NCBI RefSeq assembly: GCF_009914755.1
Contig: NC_060935.1
DNA: 64,000 bases
Source of the DNA: the human T2T-CHM13v2.0 reference genome, Homo sapiens
Strand: one strand, 5' to 3'
In this document: one piece after another, positions 1 through 15,931 of the stretch
How the letters are laid out: each line of letters begins with the position of its first letter
Position numbering within the stretch: position 1 is the stretch's first letter
Translations under genes and position numbers: made by a program
The notes under the pieces: model-generated
What the model was told of the DNA's origin: nothing
The model's database searches: none
What the model saw: the letters and a program-made list of their open reading frames with translations, nothing else

Positions 1-1952
<1,952 letters not shown>

Positions 1953-2009
1953 GTTACAAAATGTTTAAATTATAAAGTCAATAAATATATATTGTAACAA
2001 AAAAAAAGA

Positions 2010-2372
2010 AAGATAGCATCGATAGTGTGATGGCAACAGGAACAAAGAGAAGTAGATTGGGCATAGGAAGACAAGATTGGTGACAGACTGGATGTGGAGA
2101 ACAAAGGAGAGATCATTCTCCCTCATCTGATGACTACTAGCTTTCTAATCTAGGTTAGATAGTAGTACTACACAATGGTATAGGAAATACTGAAAACAAG
2201 CCAGATTCGTTAAAGAGATACGTGATCCTGGGCAAGCTACTGAATATCTCTGAGCAACAGTTTTTATTAAATGGGGTTAATTATACCCTGTTGAGAGACA
2301 ATTATAAGTATTATGGTATGAAAAGGATCTGGCACCTAGCAAGTCCTCAAAAATTTGTAGTTATTACTATTT
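2010..2372. mobile_element. L2 fragment followed by MIR
   Basis: L2-like gactggatgtggagaacaaagga; MIR core gtgatcctgggcaagctactgaatatctctgagc...ctggcacctagcaagtcctcaa. Confidence 0.55.
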
Positions 2373-2393
2373 TCTCCCAGATTCTCCCAAGAT

Positions 2394-2621
2394 TGTGTTC
2401 TCAAATGAGGCAATTTTGCTTCCTGCCCCTTATTTGGGACATCTGGCAATATCTGGAGACATTTCTGGCTGTCACAACTTAGGGTGAGAGGGGTTGCTAT
2501 TGGTATTTGCTGGCCAGAGGCCAGGGATGCTACTAAATCTTCTATGGTTCACAGACAGTCCTTCTACAACAAAGACTTAACCAGCCCAAAATATCAATAG
2601 CGCTAAGGCTGTGAAGCCATG
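2394..2621 (+). mobile_element. MER20 (hAT-Charlie MITE)
   Basis: gggacatctggcaatatctggagacatttctggctgtcacaac...gccagggatgctactaaa...cccaaaatatcaatag. Confidence 0.8.
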
Positions 2622-2930
2622 TTCAAGAGGGATTCTGATTCTGATAACTGCACATGAAAAGTTCTTTTGTATCCACTAATAACAACCATCCACATGAGTT
2701 AGGGAGTTAAACTGATTTACTACTGATAACCTGTTCAATCAGTTTCCAAATTCAAGCCTGGTTACAGAAGTTGTTACCAGAAGTGAATTCATAACCTACA
2801 TTTTAAACATACAAAAATATTAATGTCTTCTAACCATGAAAGCTAATTTGTTTTCCCATTTTGATGTCTGCATAAAGAAAAACCTGAAATACTACAAATT
2901 AACTGTCATTTTATTAAGAATCAGATACTC

Positions 2931-3223
2931 AGCCGGGCGCGGTGGCTCACGCCTGTAATCCCAGCACTTTGGGAGGCCGAGGCAGGTGGATCACGAGCTC
3001 AGGAGATTGAGACCATCCTGGCTAACACAGTGAAACCCCATCTCTACTAAAAATACAAAAAAAATTAGCCGGGCATGGTTGCAGGCCCCTATAGTCCCAG
3101 CTATTCGGGAGGCTGAGGCAGGAGAATGGCCTGAGCTTGCAGTGAGCTGAGATCGTACCACTGCCCTCCAACCTGGGCGACAGAGCGAGACACCGTCTCA
3201 AAAAAAAAAAAAAAAAAAAAAAA
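2931..3223 (+). mobile_element. AluY with about 14-nt internal deletion
   Basis: Y diagnostics ggctaacac, gagaatggc and gagcttgcagtg; pure A tail; TSD aatcagatact (2919-29 / 3224-34). Confidence 0.9.
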
Positions 3224-3659
3224 AATCAGATACTAAGATCCTTGAATAAAAACTCTATGAAAACTAGAGGCTTATTTTAGTGTCATTATATAGAAAAAAA
3301 ATGGTTTGCAATGAATCTATTTAATAAGTGCTGCATTATTACACAAGGATTACCAACAATGAAAAATAGACTGCAGTCTAATTCTTACAAAACCATTTCA
3401 AATTTTATGACAATGTTTATTAAATCAAAATTTTAATCAAAACTGTGAAACTATCCTTCAAGCTCCAAGCCCTTAAATCCATTGGAAATAGATGAATTCA
3501 TTGATTAAATATAAACTTCATATCATTTTGGACTCTATGGATAGTGAAGCTATTAAACCACTATGCTCAACTGTCAACAATTTAAACTTTGATTAAAATC
3601 TGAGAGAACTGTCCAAAAGACCTCATAAAATCTCACCAGGGTCAAGAACTGGGACCTGA

Positions 3660-4420
3660 TCACAACTGATACCACTTCACACCAAGGATAGCTTTTACAA
3701 AAAACAAAACAAAATAAAAAAAAATAAGTGTTGGCAAGAATGTGGAGACACTGTTGGAACCTATGTGCATTCCTAGTGGGAGTGTAAAATTGTTCAAACT
3801 GTGGGAAATAGTTTGGTGGTTCCTCAAAAAGTCAAACATAGGGTTACCATATGGTCTAGCAATTCCATGTCTAGATATTAATATATACCCAAACAAATTG
3901 AAAGCAGAGACTTGCACACCAATGTTCCTAAGAGCATTATTCACACAGCCAAAAGATGGAAGCAACCCAAGTGTCCATGAACAAATGAATGGAGTTTTTA
4001 AATGTGTTATATACATATAATAGAGTTATTCAGCCTTAAAAAGCAATGAAATTCTGAAACATGCTAAATACTTGCAAAACTTGAAAACATTATGTTAAGC
4101 GAAATAAATCAGATACAAAAGGACAAGTATTATATGATTCTACTTATCATTAATTACCTAGAACAGGCAAATTCACAGAGACAGAAAGAGGTGACCAGGG
4201 GGCTGGGGTAAATGGAAGTGAGCAGGACAGTGGGAAGGAGAACTACTGTTTAATGGGTATAGAGCTTCTGTCTGAGATAATGAAAAAATGTTCTGGAAAT
4301 GGATAGTGGTGATGGTTGCAAAATATTTCAATTTATTAATACTTAATGCCACTGAATTGTATACTGTAAATGGTTAAAATGGTAAATTTTATGTTATGTA
4401 TATTTTGCCATAAAAAACCC
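3660..4420 (+). mobile_element. 5'-truncated L1MB 3' end
   Basis: ORF2-end similarity (ORF 3742..4020) and an L1MB-type 3' terminus; TSD aactgggacctga (3647-59) / aactaggacctga (4421-33). Confidence 0.8.
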
Positions 4421-5524
4421 AACTAGGACCTGAACGAAAAAACATTAAATAAATTCTTCTTATGATCCCACCTTCCTCCCACTCCCATCACCTATAGGTG
4501 AGGTTCAGAAAAACAAAAATTATTTTGTTCAGCAGCCTGAACTGGATTCAAGCTTACATCTTTTGGAAAATGAATAAACTAAGTCAATATTTATCTTATT
4601 CGGTTCTACAAAAAGGCAAAATATCACGTTATTATTTTATGACATACAAATTTCAAATTTCCTTTAGGGGATATCACAGGAACATATAAATGATTTCATA
4701 CTCTTGGATTTGGCCTCTTGCAAAGATAATTTCACTGTGTATCTATTAAAGTCTATGAGAATGAAAATGACCAAGGGGCTGCTGCAATAAGCTGGCAATT
4801 TCAATATTCCTTACCTTATTCTAATCATACATTTAAGAATGGTATATCACTTAATCTCTCAAAATCTGATATTAGTAGTTTACTGAGAATAAAAAAGTAG
4901 AGGATTTCAAGTGTATATTATTAGAGAAACATGTAATATATATCCTAAAGACTACTTCCGGGGAAAATATATTAAGCCTTAAGTGTTACAAACAAGAGAA
5001 AATAAATCAGTAAAAATACAAACACTTTATTAGACAATAAAATCATCTTTTTTTAATAACTTAAGGTAAAATCCTAATTACTGGAGTCTTTTTTTCTCTC
5101 CCTTATCATTCCCCTCTTACACCTTTCATTTTTCCTCCCCTCCGGCCCATGTTTAATGGTCTATTAGTACAAAAAGGATAAAATTACTGCCCACAGTCTC
5201 AACAAAATTAATGAGGAAAGATGTATATAGATCTCTTGAAGATGTGCCTGAGTTTACGTTGCCAAGGTAACACTGACGTCTTAAATTTTAAATGGAAGAG
5301 TTTATATTTAAAGAATGCTGGAGTCAATAGAATGTATTTTAAGAAAGAGCAAAGCATACACAGCTTATTATTCCCAAATAGCAATAAACGATACATGGAA
5401 ATTGGACAAAGACAATTAAATTTAGGCAACAGTCAACAACTATCCATTAACATGAGTCATTTGAATGACAGTACTGTTTAATGTGGACTGAAAAGTAAAG
5501 CTGAAGCTTCTGGTGCTGGCTTTT

Positions 5525-5682
5525 GCAACTCATTAGCTGTGGGGACTAGGAAAGTTACTTAGCCTTGCGTTAAGTCATTTAATTCTCTCAAAGTCTCAGT
5601 TCCCTCAGCTGTAAGATGTGAAAGGTGAAACAAGATTAGTAAGGTCCCTTTCCAAATCTAAAATTCTTTGGCTCTATGATTT
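5525..5682 (+). mobile_element. MIR/MIR3
   Basis: tctcagttccctcagctgtaagatg...aaggtccctttccaaatctaaaattct. Confidence 0.6.
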
Positions 5683-5813
5683 CGAAGGAAGAAATTTCTT
5701 TATCCAAAATAAGTTACTATATACCTATTATGTTCTAGAACATAATAAAGTAACATAACATAGTAAACATACTGGCACATCTATGGTAAGAAAATTAGAC
5801 CAACATACACTTC

Positions 5814-6626
5814 TGTGGTGTTATGATATGCGTTGGTTTTCATTCACAGTTCCTGATTCATAACTCCCATAGCTATTGTTACAGTCTTGTATTACAATGT
5901 TGGGTATCTCAAGCCTCAGAGGCAGGCCTCAGGAAACAGAGTCTCTCTCCTGCCCTCCTTTCACCTGCCCCAAGGCAGGACTCTAATCTTCTCCTACCTT
6001 TTTTATTGTGGGTCTTAAGACCATCCCCAGAGAGGGTCACACCCTATGCAATGGGGGAAGGAATACTGAAGTCAAAAAGCCTTCATAAAAACCCAAGAGG
6101 ACTGGGTTCAGAGAGTTTCTGGATACCTGAACACGTAGAGGTTCCTGGAGGGTGGCACTCCCAGGGATGGCAAGGAAGCGTGCTCTGCACCCCCATACCT
6201 CGCCCTACGCGTCTCTTCACCTATATCCTTTATGATAACCTTTATAATAAACCAGTAAATGTAATTTAAGTGTTTCCCTGAATTCTGTGAGCTGTTCCAG
6301 CAAATTAATCGTACCCGAAGTGGGGGGGTCATGTGAACCCCAACTTGAAGCTGGGTGGTCAGAAGTTCTGGAAGCCCAGACTTGTGACTGGTACCAGTCT
6401 GGGCATCTGGAGGACAGACTTGGGGACTGAGACCCCAACCTGTGGAATCAGACACTATCTCCAGGTAGACAGTGTTGGAACTGAATTAGAGGACATCTTG
6501 CCAGTGTCCACTGCTCGGTGCGTGGAGAAAAAAACCCACACATTTGGTCACAGAAGTCTTCTGTGCTGATGACTGTGATTTAAGAGTAGAGGAAAAACAC
6601 ACTTTAAAAGAGAGTTTTTCTCTACA
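5814..6626 (+). mobile_element. MER21A/B solo LTR
   Basis: TG...CA ends; start tgtggtgttatgatat...ataactcccatagc; internal AATAAA near 6246. Confidence 0.75.
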
Positions 6627-7375
6627 CATCTTTTTCAGGGTATTTTGTATTCCCCTCTTTTCATTAATTATGTAGTACATATTCAAAAAAACTGAAAAAT
6701 ATAGAAAGGATAAAAAAACCAAGAATCATAATTCCCCTATACAAACACAATTAAGTTCATATTTGTCATGAGATACCTTTCTTGGTTTTGTTATAAGAAA
6801 GATATTCTATTAAAGATTTAATGGTAAAATACAACTGGAAAGAACATAAATATAACCTGAATTTTGGAAATGCAAGAAAAGAATGGGCAATAAAAATTAA
6901 ATAAACAAATATAAGGTACTAATAAAAAGTAAAATACACATCAACAGCAAAAGGCAATAGGGCAGATCTGAATACTGAGCCCAGGTAGTATCAGATTTCT
7001 GTTCAACATGAAATCTTTCCTGTGCCCCCAGTTTAAATTGGGTCACCCAGGTGTTACTTCCAAAAGACTTTTCACTTGTCTGTCACAGTTCTTTGTACAT
7101 CCAAGATTACTGAACTATTTTTCATAGCTATTTATTTAGTGCTTCCTTTTCCCCACTAGCCTAATAAGCTCCATAAAGTCAAGGATCATTTCTTCTTCAT
7201 GTGCCAGTGTGTCCCCAGTAGAACACCTCATACACTGAATGAGTTCAATTAACATTTGTCGACTAAATAAATAAGCAGACTCTTGTTTTATAAATTTATA
7301 TCAACTATTCCTGACTAGCTACTTTTCCCAAGGCCCAAGATCCATTTTCAGGGAAACTACTAAGTAAGAGACATA

Positions 7376-7698
7376 CAGGTTGAATATCACTTATCCAAAA
7401 TGCTTGGAACCAGAAGTGTTTCAGATTTTGAATTGTTTTGGATTTTAAAATGTTTACATATACATTCCATCTTGGGGATGGGACCTAAGTCTAAATTTGA
7501 AATTCATTTATGATTCATACATACCTAATACATATAGCCTGAAGGTAATTTTATACAACGTTTTAAATAGTACATGCAACAAAGTTTGTGTATTCTGAAC
7601 CATCAAAAAGCAAATGTGTCATTATTTTGGTGCCCAACAAATTTTGAATTTTAATGCATTTCAGATTTCTAATTTTTGGATGAGGTATGTTCAACCTG
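7376..7698. mobile_element. Tigger4/MER46-type MITE
   Basis: TIRs caggttgaata / tgttcaacctg flanked by TA. Confidence 0.8.
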
Positions 7699-7745
7699 TA
7701 TCTAAATTCAAATACATTTGCATTGAAGATTTTATATCCTAGTCC

Positions 7746-7951
7746 AGGGATTGAAAAACTACAACTTCCAAGCCACATCAGGCCATCCATATGTTTTTGT
7801 AAATAAAGTTTTGTTGGAATATAGTCAAACCCATTCATTTACATACTGTGTATGGCTGCTTTTGTGCTACAACAGCAGTGCTGGTAATTGCAACAGAAAG
7901 CTAAAAATATTTACTGTCTGGCCCTTTACAAGAAAAGTTTGCCAACCTCTG
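7746..7951 (+). mobile_element. MER58A (hAT-Charlie)
   Basis: gtaaataaagttttgttggaa...ctaaaaatatttactgtctggccctttacaagaaaagtttgccaacc. Confidence 0.8.
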
Positions 7952-8746
7952 TTTAATGACTTTAAACTAATGACTTTAAACTAATAATAAAAAGAAACAT
8001 AAAAAGTTTGCCAACCTCTAATGACTTTAAACTAGACTAATCATTTTTAACTAATAATAAAAAGAAACATAGGATAATGAGCTTTTGGAGTCATTCATGA
8101 AACTATTTGACATAACTAAACTATATACCAGCAATATTACTATCAAAAATTCAATAACTTAGCTACTTTAGTTCATAAACTTTTAAGAGTGAAAGGATTA
8201 GGCACAGTATTCTTAGAAATGGCCAACACTTCAAATACTTTCTTTTTTTTATAGGCTTTTAGTAACGCCTCAAATTTTTAGCAGAGCTGATTTTAATCAT
8301 TAAACATACAAAACAAATTGCTACTCTGCTGTAATTATCAGGCAGGATGAACTAAAAATCCCAATGTGAAATCAGCATTTCCATAGCAACCTGTACTTCC
8401 ATTGGCCCCACTGCACATAGGTAGGAACTGGCATTGCTTTGCATATTTAGAAAAAACACCTCCATTAAATAATACAAAAAAAAAACAATTTGCTTGAATA
8501 AAAATAACACATTTGTCAAGATATTAATACAACACTACTACAAATTCAATAATATATAAATTGATCAAAATTTTTTTTAAAAGTCTGGACTGAATGTGTA
8601 TCAGCTGCACATTCAATAATTTATCTAAACGTCAATTTATCTAAACGTCAATTAAAAAAATCAAAGATGTAAAATGTTTAGGGAAAGTAATGAAGATGCA
8701 ATTATTGCCAAATCAGCTAATATTAAATAAGCAATCCTATACAATA

Positions 8747-9258
8747 CAGTAACCCCCCTTTACCTGTGGTTTTACTTCCTGTGGCTGCAGTTACCTGCAG
8801 TCAACTGTGGTTTGAAAATATTACATGGAAAATTTCAGAAATAAACAATTCATAAGTTTTAGATTGTATGGCATTCTGAGTAGTGTGATGAAATATGCTG
8901 TTCTACTCCATCCCCCCCAGGGGACATGAATCAGCCCTTTGTCCAGCACAACCATGCTGTGTATGCTACCTGTCTGTCTATTTAGTTATTCAGTAGCTAT
9001 TTCAGTTATGACTGACTGTTGCAGCATAAGAGAGTTTGTGTTCAAGTAACCCTTATTTTACTTAATAATAGCCTGAAACTGCGAGAGTAGCAATGCTGGC
9101 ATATTGCTATACTTGTATTTTATGATTATTGTGGTTAATCTCTTACTATGTCTATCAATTATACTTTATAAGTTAAAATTTATCATAGGTATGTATGAAT
9201 AGGAAAAAACATAGCATATATAGGGGTTTGGTACCATCCACAGTTTCAGACATCCACC
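8747..9258 (+). mobile_element. MER44B-like Tigger MITE with the right TIR missing
   Basis: TA then cagtaacccccctttacctgtgg...ggaaaatttcagaaataaacaattcataag; ends at catccacc. Confidence 0.7.
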
Positions 9259-9485
<227 letters not shown>

Positions 9486-9926
9486 TAAGAACCTACCTAC
9501 ATCTGTATACTAATACTCTGCCTTTCCTCCTTATATAATTGATGGATGGTAATCAGCTCCTTTCTAAGGTCAATTCTTCCCAAATTCACTCTTGAACACA
9601 ACATAATCATGCTTTTTTCCTTATTGGACCAAGAAAAACCCATAGTTATTAAAGTCACCAGAAACCTCTACACTGCCAAATCCAGTGACCATTTCCCATC
9701 TTCAAAGATTTTTCTCACCTCTTAGAAGCAGCTGACACAGTCATTCACAGCCTCCTCCCTGTCTCCTGAAACACCACACCCTTGGTTTTCCTTCTGCCTC
9801 ACTGGCTGCACTTCTTAGTTTTATTTGCTGAATCCTTTCTGTCCTCTCCAGGACAGTCTTCAGACTCTCCTCATTAATAATTTCTTTGATCTCATTGCTT
9901 TAAATACTATTTAAATGCTAACACAG

Positions 9927-10220
<294 letters not shown>

Positions 10221-10594
10221 CTAATGCATCCAAATCTATATGGGAGAACCAGCATCTACCCAGAACTCCAGGGGCAGTCACCCTACACTACCATGTGACC
10301 GGGCATTTCATACTTCACACATCCATAACAGTATTCTTGATTTCCCACTCCCCCAAAATTTGTCCCTCCTGCAATTTTTCCCATTTCAATATACAGCACC
10401 AGCAATGCCCTGTATCCTGACACTTTTCACCAGTTTTACCACTGTAATCCATCCATGGCTCTATCTGAACTAATATAATACTCTCCTTCTAAGTGATCTC
10501 CTGCTTCCACTAATGCCTCTCTACACTGCCTTCTCAAAAGAGCAGCCAGAAAAATTCTGTCAAAATATAAACCAAATCATGACACAGCCTTGCT

Positions 10595-10625
<31 letters not shown>

Positions 10626-10701
10626 ACAAAAAAAACCTTCAAATGGCTCCCCATCATTAAAACAAATATGAAAGTTATCCATGGCCTGTAAGACACTACC
10701 T

Positions 10702-11053
10702 CAGCAGTCCCCAACCTTTTTGGCACCAAGGACCAGTTTTGTGGAAGACAATTTTTCCACAGACAGGGTGGCAGGGCAGTGGTGGGGGTGGGGGTGCTTT
10801 CAGGATGAAACTATTACACCTCAGATCAACAGGAATTAGATTCTTGTAAGGGGGTGTGTAACCTAGATCCCTCACATGTCTAATTCACAATAGGGTTCAT
10901 GCTCCTATGAGAATCTTGTCGCTGATCTGACAGAAGGTGGAGATCAGACAATAATGCCGACTGGCCCGCTCCGCTCACCTCTTGCTGTGCGGCCCAGTTC
11001 CAAATAGGCCACAGACCAGTACCCATCCATGGCCCAGGGATATGGGCCCCCTG
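10702..11053 (+). mobile_element. MER1B (hAT-Charlie)
   Basis: cagcagtccccaacctttttggcaccaaggaccagttttgtggaagacaatttttccac...gggccccctg. Confidence 0.85.
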
Positions 11054-11521
11054 CCTTACGTAATCTGACTTATGTCTCCTATCTCATCTCAACTTCTCTT
11101 TCTCTTCCTCCCTCTACTACCAGTCACACTTGTCTTTTTGCAGTCTCTTGATGTTCTTCAAGCTTGTCTCTGCTTCAGATCCTTTGCTGTTTCTTCTACT
11201 TGAAATAATCTTCCCTCAGATATTCACAAGGACCTCTCACTCACTTTTTTCAGTCTGATGAAACATCACCTATATGGAAAGACTTTCCCTCAGCAACACT
11301 CTGTTGAAAATATCATCGCAGCTCCTTCTACTTTGCTTCATTTTCTACAAAACTATTTTCAATTTTATAATATATTGTTACATAGTTTATATATTTGTTC
11401 ACTTTCTCATCCACTAGAAATATAAGCGCCTGAGGGCACAAACTTTGACTTAATTGCTTCTCTGTATCCCCCAACTAAAATGGTATCTGACACTAATTAA
11501 GTCTTCAATAATAACTGTTGA

Positions 11522-11831
<310 letters not shown>

Positions 11832-12383
11832 ACTATTACAATTTTTAAGAAGGATTTTTCTTTAACTTGAATGGTTTATGGTTCATAAACTTGAACGGTT
11901 TATAAGATTACTAAAACTATTTAATTCAGACTTCATATACAGAGGTACCACTTCTGAAAAGGAAACTCTAATAAAAACATGTCTTCCTTCTTTCTGCATT
12001 AAAATTCCAGACCCTAGGAAATTTCTGGCATTTTTTCCAAAATAAACAGAGGTAAAATTATCTTAATGGGCTAAATATAAGATCTCATGAAACTCTTGCT
12101 GATAGGTACAAAAGCCATTTCCATTTAAACTCTATTTTACTTTATTGCCCTCTTCCCCAACACAACATACACATACAGATACCTTGGTTACTTTATCTTA
12201 GTTTTCATTAAGTTTAATTTTTTTACCAGGTAACATACTTACGTACTTATGTGAATATTAAAAGTTAAAAAATAAAAGATTGTAAGTCTGAAAAGATATA
12301 CAGTGAAAGGTCTCCCCATCCCTTGCCTATATCTCAGTGACTCAGTTCAAACTCCCACTACCAAAAAGTAACCATTGTTATTA

Positions 12384-12614
12384 TAGGGTGGAAGTTGGCC
12401 ATTTTTTTCTGTAAAAAGCCACACAGAAAATATTTGCAGCTTTATGGACTATCCACTCTCTGTCACAACTACTCAATTCAGCCATTATAGAGTGAAGGCA
12501 GCCTTAGATAATATGTAAATGCATGTGTATAGCAGTTCTTCAATACAACTTTATTTGCAAATATAGACAGTAGGCTGAATTTTTCCCATAGGGGTCACAG
12601 TTTGCCAAAACCTG
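12384..12614 (-). mobile_element. MER58A
   Basis: ctctgtcacaactactcaattcagccattatag...caatacaactttatttgcaaa...cagtttgccaaaacctg. Confidence 0.7.
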
Positions 12615-13226
12615 TTACAGAACAGTTTAAATACCAGTGTCTCTTTTATAAAAAATGTTAATGGTAGTGTTTGGAAGAGACTTCAATGGAAGAAACTGCA
12701 ACAAAGAATGCTATTTGAAACAAAAATTCATCCTACCCATAATGACGTGTTAAAATAATATATATTTTCATATAAATAGATGTAAGATTATTCCCAGATG
12801 CCTCTCCATAATCCATAATATATTAGTGCAAATATTTTCTTCTACCTCTTCATGGCACAATTATGAAGAACTGGAGGAACGTTAAGACAAGACGGAGTGG
12901 TAACCTAACTATCAGCGCACTGTCAATCATTAACTCTGGCTTAACATTTTCTCTTAAATGGTAGAGGAAATGTATAATTAAAATCTCCACAGAATGCATT
13001 AAAGAAATAAACCACAGTCTATATTTAAAAACAAACAACATTTCAACTGTATGTTTCTCAACCAGATCAATTCCAAAATGCATGTTTCTAATAAGTCTTA
13101 CAAAGGATTTAATTTAATAAAATGAATCAAGATTAGAGAGAACCAGATCTCTCCAAAAAGCAGATCACTGTTACACTGAATAATCAGCTTCTCAAAATTC
13201 AGAGGTATCCTAGGAATATATCTTAC

Positions 13227-13364
13227 CTTAGATGCCATTCTCATAAAGAGCTTGTTTTGATTTTCTGCTGTTCCCATCTTTTCATTTTTGACTAAATCAT
13301 TTAGGCTTAGATTATCATCATCATGAAAGTATCTGACCCTTTCTCTTTCCTCATGGGTTGAAAC
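13227..13364 (-). CDS. CWF19L2: CWF19L2 coding exon (138 nt, probably exon 12)
   Basis: ttttgtcatag|GTT TCA ... TCT AAG|gtaaga. Encodes [46 protein letters not shown]. Confidence 0.95.
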
Positions 13365-13771
13365 CTATGACAAAATGAACATTATTAATTTAATGAAAAC
13401 ATGAGTCTCTGAAGTATTTCTTGATGGATTACATAAATATCTGATGTTAAATGTAAAAATCCCACTATGTAATCACAACCTTTCCTTCCAGTTTATCCCT
13501 AGTCTGCCAGTTTCCATGTGAAAAAACTTCCATTAGAATTACACTCCCTACTTCTACCTCTTTACTCTCCTCTTCCCCAGGGATGGAAGCATGATATGAT
13601 CTGCTTTCTGAGCTTTGATGAAAGAGCAAAACTGCTCTACCCCTTCTTCTCTCTTTTCTGCTCTTCTTCTCCTTATAGTTAAAATTCCTTACCACTGTGG
13701 TGGGAAGACTGAAGTCATCCAGAAATGGAGTAAGTATATCAAAAACAGAGATGAAGTATTAGCAAATCCAC

Positions 13772-14657
13772 TACTATGAATTTAATGATTATGTTGCCCC
13801 AAAATTCACATGTTGAAATCTCAGTATGAAGGTATTAAGATGCAAGGTCTTTGGGAGGTAACTGGGCTATGAGCATGAAGTACTCAGAAATGGGATCAGA
13901 ACCTGTGATGGTTAATACTGAGTGTCAACTTGATTGGACTGAAGGATGCAAAGTATTCTTCCTGGGTGTGTCTGTGAGGGTGTTGCTAAAGGAGATTAAC
14001 ATTTGAGTTAGTGGACTGGGAAAGGCAGACCCACCCTCAGTGTGGGTGGGAACCATCTAATCAGCTGCCAGCGAGTCAGAGATGTTGAAATGACTTGACT
14101 TGCTGAGTCTTCTGGCCTTCATCTTTCTCCCATGCTGGATGCTTCCTGCCCTCAAACATCAGACTCCAAGTTCTTCAGTTTTCGGATTCTTGGACTTACA
14201 CCAGTGGTTTGCCAGGGATTCTCGGGCCTTCAGCCACAGACCGAAGGCTGCACTGTCAGCTTCCCTACTTTTGAGGTTTTGGGACTTGGACTGGCTTCCT
14301 TGCTCCTCAGCTTGCAGACGGCCTATGTAGGACTTTACCTTGTCATTGTGTGAGCCAACACTCCTTAATAAACTCCCCTTCATATATACATCTATCCTCT
14401 TAATTCTGTCCCTCTAGGGAACCCTAATACAGTACCTCTATTAAAAGACATGAGCATTTGTTCTCTCTCTCTTTTTTCTCTGCCATTTGAGGATACAAGA
14501 AGACTATCATCTACAAACCCGTAAGCGTGCCCTCATCAGACAATGAAGCTGCCATTCCAAGTCCTAATCTTGGACTTCTCAGTCTCCAGAACTGTGAGAA
14601 ATAAATTTCTATTGTTTAAGCCATCCAGTCTATGTTACAGTAGCCTGAACTAAGAGA
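13772..14657 (+). mobile_element. MLT1A-type MaLR solo LTR split by an MLT2A LTR
   Basis: ccccaaaattcacatgttgaaatc before the insert; tccagaactgtgagaaataaatttctattgtttaagcca...gaactaaga after it. Confidence 0.75.
13904..14431 (+). mobile_element. MLT2A1/A2 (HERV-L) solo LTR
   Basis: tgtgatggttaatactgagtgtcaacttgattgg...accctaataca; 5-bp TSD gaacc / gtacc. Confidence 0.88.
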
Positions 14658-15931
14658 CCAACTTCTAATTATTAAACCCTTGTTCTGTAAACAGCTTTAT
14701 CAAAAGCAAAGCTGATATTCTGGTCTCCATCTAATTCAGTCCCAGATTTTCCTATCAGTTGGTTCCATACCCAGGTGTGCAACAGAAAAATACTGTTTAT
14801 TTCCTCTCAAATCAAATCTTTCCAATGCTGCTCTCACATTCCCTTATCCAAATAAAACCTTGTCTTTAACTTCTTTGAGATCTTTGGAACAGGGGTGCAA
14901 CTACATTTTCCAACATTATTATTCTTTTCTTTACTAGCTTAAACCTCATATCCCATGACTCCAATCACCCCCTGGCTCCAGACACTTAATTTCTGGCCCT
15001 CTTGTCTTTTCATTATACTCAAAGAGCAAACTCTACTCATGAATGAAAGCGTCTACCTTCTTTACTCCTATACCTAGATTGCTCAGTAATATGCAACTCA
15101 AAAAGGGCCCTCAATGCCTTCTGACAATGCATTTATGGATCCCTAGTCAGTTCCACCATTTCATATAAATCAGACCTTTACTATTCTCCTCCTGCACCTC
15201 CTCTCCAACCACCAAATTCCTCCCATTACATTAGAAGACATATCCATCCCACTTCTATTTGTTGGATGAATTAATTAGAATCTCTAGCAACATAGGCACT
15301 CAACAGGCAAAAAATAAACATTTGACAGAAATATTCTGAATGAACAGTTCTTTTGTATATGCAATTATCACTTGTCTGATCTTCCAAATTTAAAATAAAA
15401 AAAACTAACTTGAGAAAGCTGAATATGTTGTTTTTGCCAGCTCAAGAGCCTCAAGGTAGTGCTAAAAACTAATTACTAGAGTTGGAAAATGGAAAAGAAA
15501 ATTAGTTTTATAAAGGATCATGGCACCTACATAATTAAGCCATTACTGTGTATGGATACCCCATCACCAGGTCTCAAGTTAGCTGTCTAACACTAGTAAC
15601 AGCTCTGAGAGACCAAAGTTTTCCCTAAGAGCTATAGCAAGTATGCCAAAAGCAGCTGAAAACAACATCAAAGAAATGTACACTAAAATTAAAATTGCCT
15701 TAAACATTCAATGTTAACAACTATTTGAAAAAATAGTTGGATTAGTTTCCATTCTGTAAAAGGCAAAGAGATATAACTAAGAATAAAAGTAGTAACAACA
15801 TCATTTCCTACCTTCCAATATTGGCATTCAAAAGCCACATTTCAGAAAATATTTTATAATCTGATACAAAGAAAGCCCCAAGGGGAAGAAGGAATTCTGA
15901 ATTAATAAACAAAGACATATGTTAAACATAC

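Noticed and set aside
5823-6569. Overlapping ORFs of 73-148 aa
   Set aside because: They lie within the MER21 LTR and show no recognisable protein motifs.
13465-13695. Purine-rich 76-aa ORF next to an exon
   Set aside because: Low-complexity, probably L2-derived sequence; not part of the CWF19L2 frame.
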